Made by a program: the position numbers and the translations under genes
Part shown: piece after piece, positions 6,149-13,414 of the stretch
Position numbering within the stretch: the first letter of the stretch is position 1
Layout of the letters: each line of letters opens with the position of its first letter
Origin: Haloferax volcanii DS2
GTDB taxonomy: Archaea; Halobacteriota; Halobacteria; Halobacteriales; Haloferacaceae
Length of the DNA: 32,000 nt
Direction of reading: 5' to 3'
Assembly: GCF_000025685.1 (NCBI RefSeq)
Contig: NC_013967.1
Span: 2,160,001 to 2,192,000 of the forward strand
Notes under the pieces: generated by a model
Database searches by the model: none
What the model saw: the letters and a program-made list of their open reading frames with translations, nothing else
Told to the model about the DNA's origin: nothing

Positions 6149-7228
6149 TTACTCGATTCGCTCGCGCGCCGCGGCGACGAGCAGCGGGAGCATGATGGTC
6201 GCGTCGCCGAGGACCGTCGTGTTGCGGGCGTCCTTCTCCAGTTTGCCCCACGAGCGCGCCTCGTCAAGCGTCGCGCCCGAGAGCCCGCCGGTCGCGGCGG
6301 GGTCCATCGTAATCTGGACGCCGTAGTCGTACGCGCCGGGCGTGACGAGCATCGTCTGGAGCGTGAAGTTCTTCGGGACGCCGCCGCCGACGAGGAGACA
6401 GCCGGCCGTGTCGGCGTCGTACGCGAGGTCGGTCAGTGGCGTCATGTCGGCCAGCGCGTCCAGCGAGAACGACGAGGTCTGCGAGTACATCCACGCCTGT
6501 AAGCCGAGGACGGAGTCCTGCACCGCCGGACAGTAGATGGGCACGTCGGCCTCGTAGGCCGCGGCGGCGACGCCGGCGTCCTCGTCGATTCCCTCGCGGT
6601 CGTTGACCTCGCTGTTGGCGCGGCCGAGTTCGCGGCAGAGGTCCGCGATGCTGACGGTCCCCTCTTCCTCCAGCGCCGGGAACACCTCACTTCGGAGATG
6701 CGACTCGAACAGCGCGAAATGCTCCTGCGGGAGGTAGACGTTGTAGATGCGGTCGACCTCCTCGTCGCGGAGCGTCTCGTCGTGCTCGCGTTCGGTCTTC
6801 TCGCCGTGGTGCTCGGCTCCGTGTTCCCGCGAGCCGTGCGAGGGGGAGCTGGACGGGTCCGGATGGGCCCGTCCGTGGTGGTGCTTGCCGCCGATGGCCT
6901 CGATGGCGTCGTGGGTGAGGTTCGCGCCCGTCGTCACCAGCGCGTCGACGTGGCCGTCGCGGATGAGGTCGGAGACGACCTTGCGCATCCCGGTCGGGAC
7001 CATCGCGCCGGCCAGCGACATGAACACCGTGCAGTCGTCGTCGGCCAGCATCTCGGCGTAGATGTCGGCGGCCTCGTGTACGTCGGCCGCGCCGATGCCC
7101 GCGTGGCCGTACTGCTCGACCAACTCGCCGACGGTCATGCCGCCGCGGACCTCGGCGTGGCCCAGCGGGTCGTGTTGGAACTCCTCGCGGTCCGGCATCT
7201 CGTAGCCGTCATCGTCGTGGTCGCTCAT
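6149..7228 (-). CDS. dys: deoxyhypusine synthase
   Basis: Motifs: SLAGAMVPTGMRKVVSDLIRDGHVDALVTTGANLTHD, LLVGGGVPKNF, and ITMDPAATGGLSGATLDEARSWGK (catalytic-Lys region). It carries a His-rich insertion at aa ~116-150. A TATA-like TTCAAA sits 24 nt upstream. Confidence 0.9.
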   Translation of the reverse strand: MSDHDDDGYEMPDREEFQHDPLGHAEVRGGMTVGELVEQYGHAGIGAADVHEAADIYAEMLADDDCTVFMSLAGAMVPTGMRKVVSDLIRDGHVDALVTTGANLTHDAIEAIGGKHHHGRAHPDPSSSPSHGSREHGAEHHGEKTEREHDETLRDEEVDRIYNVYLPQEHFALFESHLRSEVFPALEEEGTVSIADLCRELGRANSEVNDREGIDEDAGVAAAAYEADVPIYCPAVQDSVLGLQAWMYSQTSSFSLDALADMTPLTDLAYDADTAGCLLVGGGVPKNFTLQTMLVTPGAYDYGVQITMDPAATGGLSGATLDEARSWGKLEKDARNTTVLGDATIMLPLLVAAARERIE

Positions 7229-7252
7229 GCGAGGGAGTGCGTCGGCCGAGCG

Positions 7253-7258
7253 TTTGAA
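7253..7258 (-). promoter_or_regulatory. TATA-like box TTCAAA, 24 nt upstream of the dys ATG
   Basis: A minus-strand hexamer occupies -30..-25 relative to the start codon. This is leaderless-transcript geometry. Confidence 0.35.
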
Positions 7259-7309
7259 CGCCCCGGTCCGACGAGGCCGTGCCGCGGGTTGGCAGGCGTT
7301 CGCTCGGCC

Positions 7310-8071
7310 TTACAGCCCGGTCGGATGGCTGACGTACTCGGTTTCGAGCCCCCACTCGTCTGCGAGGTCGCGCAGGCTTCGCACCCCGAACGTCTCGGTC
7401 GCGTAGTGGCCCGCGAGGAACACCGAGACGCCGGCCTCGCGCGCCTCGTGGTACACCTTCTGTTTGCCCTCGCCGGTGACGAGCGCGTCGACGCCGCGGT
7501 CGATGGCTTCGTCCAGCCAGTCGACGCCGGAGCCGGTGACGACCCCGACCGACGAAATCTCGTCGGGGCCGAAGTCGAGGACGGTCGTCCCCGCGCTCCC
7601 GTCGAGTTCGTCGAGCGCCGCCCGAATCTCGTCGGCCGTCTGCGGCGACTCGAAGCTCCCCGCCTGCCCGATGTGAATCGGGCCGAGCGAGCCGAACGGC
7701 TCGGTGTCCCCGAGGCCGAGGTGGTCCGCGACGCCGGCGGCGTTGCCGAGTTCCTGATGGCCGTCAAGCGGGAGGTGCGAGACGTAGAGCGCGAGGTCGC
7801 CGCGAACCAGCGGCTCGATGCGGTCGAAGTCGCGGCCGGTCACTCGGTCGAGGCCGCCCCAGACGAGACCGTGGTGGACGACGAGCAGGTCGGCGTCGGC
7901 GTCGAGCGCGGCGTCGATGGTCGCCTCCGCGGCGTCGACGGCGAAGGCGACTTTCTCGACCGATTTCTCGCCGGGGCCGACCTGCAAGCCGTTGGCGCTG
8001 GCGTCCACGTCGGCGAAGTCGTCGGTCGCGAGCGTCTCGTCGAGTCGGGCGACGATGTCGGAGAGCTGCAT
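7310..8071 (-). CDS. NIF3-family dinuclear metal-centre protein (GTP cyclohydrolase 1 type 2 homolog)
   Basis: Has LLVVHHGLVWGG and the C-terminal FLAGHYATETFG motif. The ~250-aa length is typical of NIF3/YbgI. Confidence 0.85.
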   Translation of the reverse strand: MQLSDIVARLDETLATDDFADVDASANGLQVGPGEKSVEKVAFAVDAAEATIDAALDADADLLVVHHGLVWGGLDRVTGRDFDRIEPLVRGDLALYVSHLPLDGHQELGNAAGVADHLGLGDTEPFGSLGPIHIGQAGSFESPQTADEIRAALDELDGSAGTTVLDFGPDEISSVGVVTGSGVDWLDEAIDRGVDALVTGEGKQKVYHEAREAGVSVFLAGHYATETFGVRSLRDLADEWGLETEYVSHPTGL

Positions 8072-8095
8072 ACCGGGGAGTGGTGGCTCGGGGAC

Positions 8096-8101
8096 TTGTA
8101 A
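8096..8101 (-). promoter_or_regulatory. TATA-like box TTACAA, 24 nt upstream of the NIF3 ATG
   Basis: Minus-strand hexamer at -30..-25 relative to the start codon. Confidence 0.35.
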
Positions 8102-8212
8102 GGAACGGGACGGTGCGCGGTTCGGTGGTTCGCGATGTCGGCGGCGACGCGCGCGACTCGGCGGTTCGTGGCGACCGTCCAGCGGTCGGCGCTCCGCCCG
8201 ACCGTCAGTCGC

Positions 8213-9028
8213 TTACGACCGCCCGGCGGCGTGCGCGAAGACGAACTCCCGGAGGAGCTTCGCCGCCAGCGACGCGGCCTGTCCGTCGTCGCGGTCGTTG
8301 ACTTCCACCACGTCGAACCCGTCGGCGTGAGGTGCGACCGCTCGGACCACGTCTCGCATCTCCCGGGAGGTGAGGCCGAACGGCTCTGTGGTGCCCGTGC
8401 CGGGCGCGAACGCCGGGTCCGCGGCGTCGATATCGACGCTCAGATAGACGGATTGGTCGCCGTCGAACGCCGGCTCCCAGTCGGGGACGGCCTCGGGTTC
8501 GACCACCGTCACGTCGTCGGCCGCGGCGCGCTCCCACTCGTCTGGCGAGCCGGTTCGCGCGCCGAGAATCACGGCCTCGTCGACGCCGAGTTCGTCGAGG
8601 ACGCGGCGGGTGACGGTGGCGTGGCTCCACTCGTTGCCGTCGTACGCGCGGCGGAGGTCGAGGTGGGCGTCGAGGCAGACGAACACGTCGGGGTCGACGC
8701 CGGTGACGCCGGCGGCGGTGACGGTGTGTTCGCCGCCGATGACGACGGGGACGGCGTCGTCCCAGACGGCGTCGCGGACGCTCCCGGCGAGCCATTCGAC
8801 GTACTCAGGTGCGTCGTCCCACGCGCGGACGTCGCCCGCGTCGTGGACGCGCAAGTCGGTGAAAAACTGGTCGGTGCGCCGGTCGTAGTCGTCGAACGAC
8901 CCGGCGAACCGACGGATTCGATTCGGTCCGAAACGGGTTCCGGGTTCGAAGGACGTCGAGATGTCGAGCGGAGCGCCGAGAAGGACGTAGTCAGCGACCT
9001 CGCGGTCTGCGGTTGCTCCGGGGAACAT
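8213..9028 (-). CDS. speB: agmatinase (arginase/ureohydrolase family)
   Basis: Metal-binding motifs are IGGEHTVT, CLDAHLDLR and SVDIDAADPAFAPGTGTTEPFG. It starts 15 nt downstream of the aIF5A stop, which suggests an operon. Confidence 0.9.
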   Translation of the reverse strand: MFPGATADREVADYVLLGAPLDISTSFEPGTRFGPNRIRRFAGSFDDYDRRTDQFFTDLRVHDAGDVRAWDDAPEYVEWLAGSVRDAVWDDAVPVVIGGEHTVTAAGVTGVDPDVFVCLDAHLDLRRAYDGNEWSHATVTRRVLDELGVDEAVILGARTGSPDEWERAAADDVTVVEPEAVPDWEPAFDGDQSVYLSVDIDAADPAFAPGTGTTEPFGLTSREMRDVVRAVAPHADGFDVVEVNDRDDGQAASLAAKLLREFVFAHAAGRS

Positions 9029-9043
9029 CTCTGTGTCCCCCGT

Positions 9044-9418
9044 TTAGACGATCTTTCGCTGGCCTTCGTACTCGAGGTACTCGATCTCGTCTTCGGGGTT
9101 GAGGTCTTCCTCATCGGGGATGCGCATCGTGAACGTCTGGTACGTCTCGAGGTCCATGATCTGGGCGTCCTCGCCGGTGACGGAGACGACCTGACCCTGC
9201 TTCCGCTCGATGATGGGCACCCACACCTTCGCGTCGACAGGCTGGGAGAGCGAGCGCTTCTTGCTGTCGAAGACGCCGCGGGCTTCGACGCGCGCCTTCG
9301 CGCTGCCGTGCTTGCCCGGCTTGGCGGTACTGTAAGCGTTAATTTTGCACGGCTTTTCTTCCATCATGACGTAGCTTCCTTCTTGGAGCTCGCGCACCTG
9401 CTTCTGCTCTTTCGCCAT
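9044..9418 (-). CDS. eif5a: translation initiation factor 5A (aIF-5A)
   Basis: 124 aa. The hypusination loop is [17 protein letters not shown] (target Lys36, codon 9311-9313), followed by an OB-fold C-terminal half. A TTTATA box sits 24 nt upstream of the ATG. Confidence 0.95.
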   Translation of the reverse strand: MAKEQKQVRELQEGSYVMMEEKPCKINAYSTAKPGKHGSAKARVEARGVFDSKKRSLSQPVDAKVWVPIIERKQGQVVSVTGEDAQIMDLETYQTFTMRIPDEEDLNPEDEIEYLEYEGQRKIV

Positions 9419-9442
9419 GTCTCTCCGTTATCGGATGGAGGG

Positions 9443-9448
9443 TATAAA
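9443..9448 (-). promoter_or_regulatory. TATA box TTTATA of the aIF5A-speB operon
   Basis: The minus strand reads ..aaaccgTTTATAccctccatccgataacggagagacATG. The 24-nt spacing implies a leaderless mRNA. Confidence 0.6.
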
Positions 9449-9512
9449 CGGTTTGGAACCGTCTTCGCACGCGACTCTCTGCCGTGGAATACGCGGCCGT
9501 CGGTCGGTTCGG

Positions 9513-9941
9513 TCAGGCGTCTTCGACCGCGTCGACCTCGGCCATCTCCGGGTCGAACCACGTCCCCGTCGCGTCGCGTCTGGCGCGGCTCCCGAGCGCC
9601 CCGGACGCGACGTTCGGCAGCGCGAGCGCGAGCATGATGGCGGTCGTCAGCTCGCCGGGCGTCTCGACAAGCGGGATGACGTACTGGAACGGAAAGAGAA
9701 TCGGCGTCCGTTCGAGAAACGTCAAAAGCACCGACAGCGGCATGAGCAGACAGCCCCAGACGACGCCGGCCATGAGGCCGTGCCAGCCGCCGTCGGCGGG
9801 GTCGGTGCCGACGACGTAGCCGGCGAGCGCGCTCCCCGTGACCCCGCCGACGAGCGTGAACTGCCCCGTCATCGCGTAGACGAGCGATTCGGTGCACGCG
9901 GCGAGACACACCCCCACGGACACCGCTCGCCACTCCGTCAT
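9513..9941 (-). CDS. small polytopic membrane protein, unknown function (possibly DUF5518-like)
   Basis: 142 aa with 3-4 hydrophobic segments (GVTGSALAGYVVG, LMAGVVWGCLLMPLSVLLTFL, LTTAIMLALALP). A canonical TTTATC box sits 24 nt upstream of the ATG. Confidence 0.6.
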   Translation of the reverse strand: MTEWRAVSVGVCLAACTESLVYAMTGQFTLVGGVTGSALAGYVVGTDPADGGWHGLMAGVVWGCLLMPLSVLLTFLERTPILFPFQYVIPLVETPGELTTAIMLALALPNVASGALGSRARRDATGTWFDPEMAEVDAVEDA

Positions 9942-9965
9942 GACCGAGAGTGTGTCCGCGAGAGC

Positions 9966-9971
9966 CGATAA
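9966..9971 (-). promoter_or_regulatory. TATA box TTTATC, 24 nt upstream of membrane-protein ATG 9941
   Basis: Minus-strand hexamer at -30..-25. Confidence 0.5.
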
Positions 9972-9998
9972 ACTTACGCACCCGATTCTCAGCTTTGA

Positions 9999-11675
9999 TT
10001 ACTCTCTGCGGCGCTCTTTGAGGTTCTGCCGGGTGAACTGCGGCGTCGTCCGGATGCCCCTCCGCGAGCGGAACGACCGCCACAGGAGCAGGGCGACGAC
10101 CGCCGTCGGCGCGCCAGCCGCGCCGACCGCGACGAGGCTCTCCGGGTTCAGCGCGTAGATGATGACCGTCGAGACGAAGCCGAACGACAGGAAGATGCCG
10201 TAGATGAGTCGCTTGGCCAACTTGTCGAGGACGCCGCGGTTGTCCTCCAGCCGGACGTTGAGCGTCAGGTTGTCGCGGTCCGCCCGGTCGAGGACGCGTT
10301 CGAGCTTGGGCGGCACGCGGAACAGCGACTGGGCGGTCTTTTGGCCCTGCTGGCCGACGCCCTCGATGATTTTCTGGACGCTCTCCTCGCGGTAGCCCTC
10401 CTCGGTCAGGTAGTCGGTCGCCACCGAGATGAAGTCGAACTCGGGGTCGAGCGTGACGCAGACCCCCTCGACGACGCCGGCGACCCGGAGCACGAGCGCG
10501 AGGTTCCGCGGGAGTCGCAGCGGGAACTCGTAGATGGTCGATTCGACCTGTTCGAGGATTTGGTTGACGCGGTACTGCTCGATGTCGTCGCCGCGGGCGT
10601 CGGCGATGGCGAGTTCCATCACGTCGCCCATCACCTGCCGGTCGACGTTCGGGCTGAGCGTCCCCATCTCGATGAGCGTGTCGAGGATGCCGTCGACGTC
10701 CTGGTTGGCGACGGCGATGTAGAACTCCACGATTTTCTCCTGGATGAACGGGTCGACCTCGCCGTGCATCCCGAAGTCGTAGAAGATGATGCGGCCGTCG
10801 TCGGTCACAGAGAGGTTCCCCGGGTGGGGGTCGGCGTGGAAGACGCCGTCGTCGACAATCATCTGGAGGTAGATTCGCTGGAGGTTCGTCGCCAACTCCG
10901 TGCGGTCGATGCCGCGGTCGTCCAGCGCGTCGATGTCGTTTATCTTGGTTCCGGGGAGGTACTCCATCGTGAGCACCCGGTCGCCGGAGCGTTCGGGAAT
11001 CGGCTCGGGGATGACGAGCGTGTCGTCATCCGCGAAGTTCTCCTGAATCTCGACGAGCGTCTCGGCCTCCTCGGCGTAGTCCATCTCCTCGCGGATGGTC
11101 TTGGCGAACTCGTCGGCGAGGTTCTCAAGCGAGAACGCCCGCCCCTCGCCGATAAAACGCATGAGAAGCGGCATCGACCACCGAATCACCCGGAGGTCGG
11201 CCTCGACGAGGTCTTCGATGCCGGGGCGACGGACCTTGACGGCGACCTTCTCGCCTTCGTACTCCGCGACGTACACCTGACCGAGGCTCGCGCCGCTTAT
11301 CGGGTCGCTGTCGAACGCGTCGAACGCTTCTTCGACGGGGCCGAGTTCGGCTTCGAGGACGGCCTTCGACTCGTCCCACGGCGCGGCCGGCACGTCGTCT
11401 TGGAGGCTGCCGAGCACCTCGATGTACTCCGGTGGGAGGATGTCGGGGCGCGTCGACAGCAGTTGCCCGAGCTTGATGAACGTCGGCCCGAGCGTCAGTA
11501 GCGACTCCAGGAGGACGTCGGCGCGCTCGACGCGCATCTCGGTCGTGACGCGTCGGCCGCCGCCGAACAGGAGGTACTTCCGCTTGTCACGGGTGTACGC
11601 GACGATGAGCGGAAAGAACTGATACAGGACGACGAGGAACCGCCAGTAGGCGCGGAGGTTGACCAGCGTGACCAC
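9999..11675 (-). CDS. ABC1/UbiB (AarF) atypical kinase family protein
   Basis: Signature LGPTFIKLGQLLSTRPDILPPEYIEVLGSLQDDVP, lysine motif VAVKVRRPG, and HADPHPGNL. It has C-terminal TM helices and a GTG start 8 nt after the hsp20 stop. Confidence 0.9.
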   Translation of the reverse strand: MVTLVNLRAYWRFLVVLYQFFPLIVAYTRDKRKYLLFGGGRRVTTEMRVERADVLLESLLTLGPTFIKLGQLLSTRPDILPPEYIEVLGSLQDDVPAAPWDESKAVLEAELGPVEEAFDAFDSDPISGASLGQVYVAEYEGEKVAVKVRRPGIEDLVEADLRVIRWSMPLLMRFIGEGRAFSLENLADEFAKTIREEMDYAEEAETLVEIQENFADDDTLVIPEPIPERSGDRVLTMEYLPGTKINDIDALDDRGIDRTELATNLQRIYLQMIVDDGVFHADPHPGNLSVTDDGRIIFYDFGMHGEVDPFIQEKIVEFYIAVANQDVDGILDTLIEMGTLSPNVDRQVMGDVMELAIADARGDDIEQYRVNQILEQVESTIYEFPLRLPRNLALVLRVAGVVEGVCVTLDPEFDFISVATDYLTEEGYREESVQKIIEGVGQQGQKTAQSLFRVPPKLERVLDRADRDNLTLNVRLEDNRGVLDKLAKRLIYGIFLSFGFVSTVIIYALNPESLVAVGAAGAPTAVVALLLWRSFRSRRGIRTTPQFTRQNLKERRRE

Positions 11676-11683
11676 CCGCCTCG

Positions 11684-12052
11684 TCAGGCGTCTTCGTCGC
11701 CGGTGGTAATGGGGATGGTCCGCTCGGAGGCGGCCTCGCGCTTGGGGAGCCGGATTTCCAGCGTCCCGCGTTCCATCGACGCCTCGGCCTCGTCGGCCAC
11801 GGCGTCAGGCGGGAGGGGAACTTCGGCGTCGAGGAACAGCGGTCGTTCCTCGCGGACGTAGTCGAACTCGGCGGGAAGCTGTTTGTCGCGTCGCGCTTCG
11901 ACGACCAATCGGCCTTTCTCGATCCGAAGCTCCGCCGTCTCGGCGGTCACGCCCGGGAGGTCGAGGACCAAGAGGTAGGCCGTCTCGGACTCCAACAGGT
12001 CGGCGAACACCGCGTCCGGGAGGTCGGACAGCGCGTCGCGCAGTGCTGACAT
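11684..12052 (-). CDS. hsp20: Hsp20/alpha-crystallin family small heat-shock protein
   Basis: 122 aa with alpha-crystallin domain features (YLLVLDLPGV..L.I..G.L.V.A....; ..ASMERGTLEIRLPK). A T-rich TTTTTC box sits 24 nt upstream. Confidence 0.8.
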   Translation of the reverse strand: MSALRDALSDLPDAVFADLLESETAYLLVLDLPGVTAETAELRIEKGRLVVEARRDKQLPAEFDYVREERPLFLDAEVPLPPDAVADEAEASMERGTLEIRLPKREAASERTIPITTGDEDA

Positions 12053-12076
12053 GAACGCTCATAGGGAGTCGGGGTC

Positions 12077-12082
12077 GAAAAA
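12077..12082 (-). promoter_or_regulatory. T-rich TATA-like box TTTTTC, 24 nt upstream of the hsp20 ATG
   Basis: Minus-strand hexamer at -30..-25, in the divergent hsp20/moeA intergenic region. Confidence 0.35.
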
Positions 12083-12193
12083 CCCGGCGGTCTCGCGCGA
12101 GCGCGCGAGCACGAAGCCGCCGGTACGGCTCGGGAATCGACCGCCGCCGCGCCCGAGGCCGACGCTTTTTGCCCCCCGAACCGAAGGGTCGGT

Positions 12194-13414
12194 ATGAACC
12201 ACGACGACCGACGCACGGCCGGGTTCAAGCAACGAACGCGGCTGTCGGACGCCCGCGAGGCGCTTCTCGCGGCGGCGACGCCGCACGACCGAATCGTGCG
12301 CCGACCGCTCGCCGAGGCCGACGGCCGGGCGCTCGCGGAGGACGCGGTCGCCCCCGCCGACGTGCCGGGCTACGACCGCGCCGCCATGGACGGTTACGCC
12401 GTTCGCGCGTCGGACACCTTCGGCGCGAGCGGTCGCTCACCGAACGTCCTCCGAATCGTCGACGGCCCGGTCGAACCGGGGACCGCCGCCCGCGTCCACA
12501 CCGGCAGCGACGTGCCCGAGGGGGCCGACGCCGTCGTGATGGTCGAACACACCGAGCGCCTCGGCGACGAACTCGAAGTGTTCGACGCGCTCGCGGAGGG
12601 CGAGAACGTCGGGGAGCGCGGCGAAGACGTCCGCGAGGGAACCCCGCTGTTCGAGGCCGGTCACGAGCTTCGCCCGTCGGACATCGGCCTGCTTCGCTCC
12701 GTCGGCGTCGAGGAGGTGACGCTGTTCGAGCGCCCCCGCGTCTCCGTCGTCCCGACCGGCGAGGAGCTCGTCGAGTCCGACCCCGGCCCCGGCGAGGTCA
12801 TCGAAACTAACGGCCTGACCGTCTCCCGGCTGGTCGAACGCTGGGGCGGCGAAGCGAGCTACCGCGACATCGTCGTCGACGACGCCGACCTGCTCCGCGA
12901 GGCCGTCGAATCGGACCTCGACCACGACGTTGTCGTCACCACCGGCGGGTCGTCGGTCGGTGAACGCGACCTCATCCCCGAGGTCATCGACGATATCGGT
13001 GAGGTGCTGGTCCACGGCGTCGCCCTCAAACCCGGCCACCCCGTCGCGGTCGGCGTGGTCGAGGGCACGCCCGTCGTCATGCTTCCCGGCTACCCGGTCG
13101 CCTGCGTCGTCAACGCCTTCCAGTTCCTCCGACCGGTGCTGAAGCACGTCGGCTCACTCCCCGAGCGCCCCCTGCCGACGCAGGAGGCGACGCTCACCAG
13201 AAAACTCCCGAGTTCCCCCGGCACGCGGACGTTCGCCCGCGTCAAACTCGACCCGTCGGGCGACGAGTCGACCGCCGAGCCGACCCGGACGAGCGGGTCG
13301 GGCATCCTCTCCAGCGTCGCGCTCGCGGACGGCTGGGTCGTCGTCCCCGAGGAGATAGAGGGCTACGACGAGGGCGACACGGTCGCCGTCGAGGGCTGGG
13401 AGTGGTCCGCATGA
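12194..13414 (+). CDS. moeA: molybdopterin molybdotransferase MoeA
   Basis: Contains PGYDRAAMDGYAVRASDTFGAS, TGGSSVGERDL, the HGVALKPGHP motif and LPGYPVA. The 406-aa length is canonical. Confidence 0.9.
   Translation: MNHDDRRTAGFKQRTRLSDAREALLAAATPHDRIVRRPLAEADGRALAEDAVAPADVPGYDRAAMDGYAVRASDTFGASGRSPNVLRIVDGPVEPGTAARVHTGSDVPEGADAVVMVEHTERLGDELEVFDALAEGENVGERGEDVREGTPLFEAGHELRPSDIGLLRSVGVEEVTLFERPRVSVVPTGEELVESDPGPGEVIETNGLTVSRLVERWGGEASYRDIVVDDADLLREAVESDLDHDVVVTTGGSSVGERDLIPEVIDDIGEVLVHGVALKPGHPVAVGVVEGTPVVMLPGYPVACVVNAFQFLRPVLKHVGSLPERPLPTQEATLTRKLPSSPGTRTFARVKLDPSGDESTAEPTRTSGSGILSSVALADGWVVVPEEIEGYDEGDTVAVEGWEWSA

Noticed and set aside
6698-9637. Plus-strand ORFs 6698..8101 (467 aa) and 8135..9637 (500 aa)
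   Set aside because: They are antisense to dys, NIF3, speB and aIF5A, which all have strong motifs. Their sequences are V/D/G/R-rich 'mirror' translations.
10341-11501. 386-aa plus-strand ORF
   Set aside because: It is antisense to the ABC1 kinase gene and has a repetitive D/V/L/E/R composition with no motifs.
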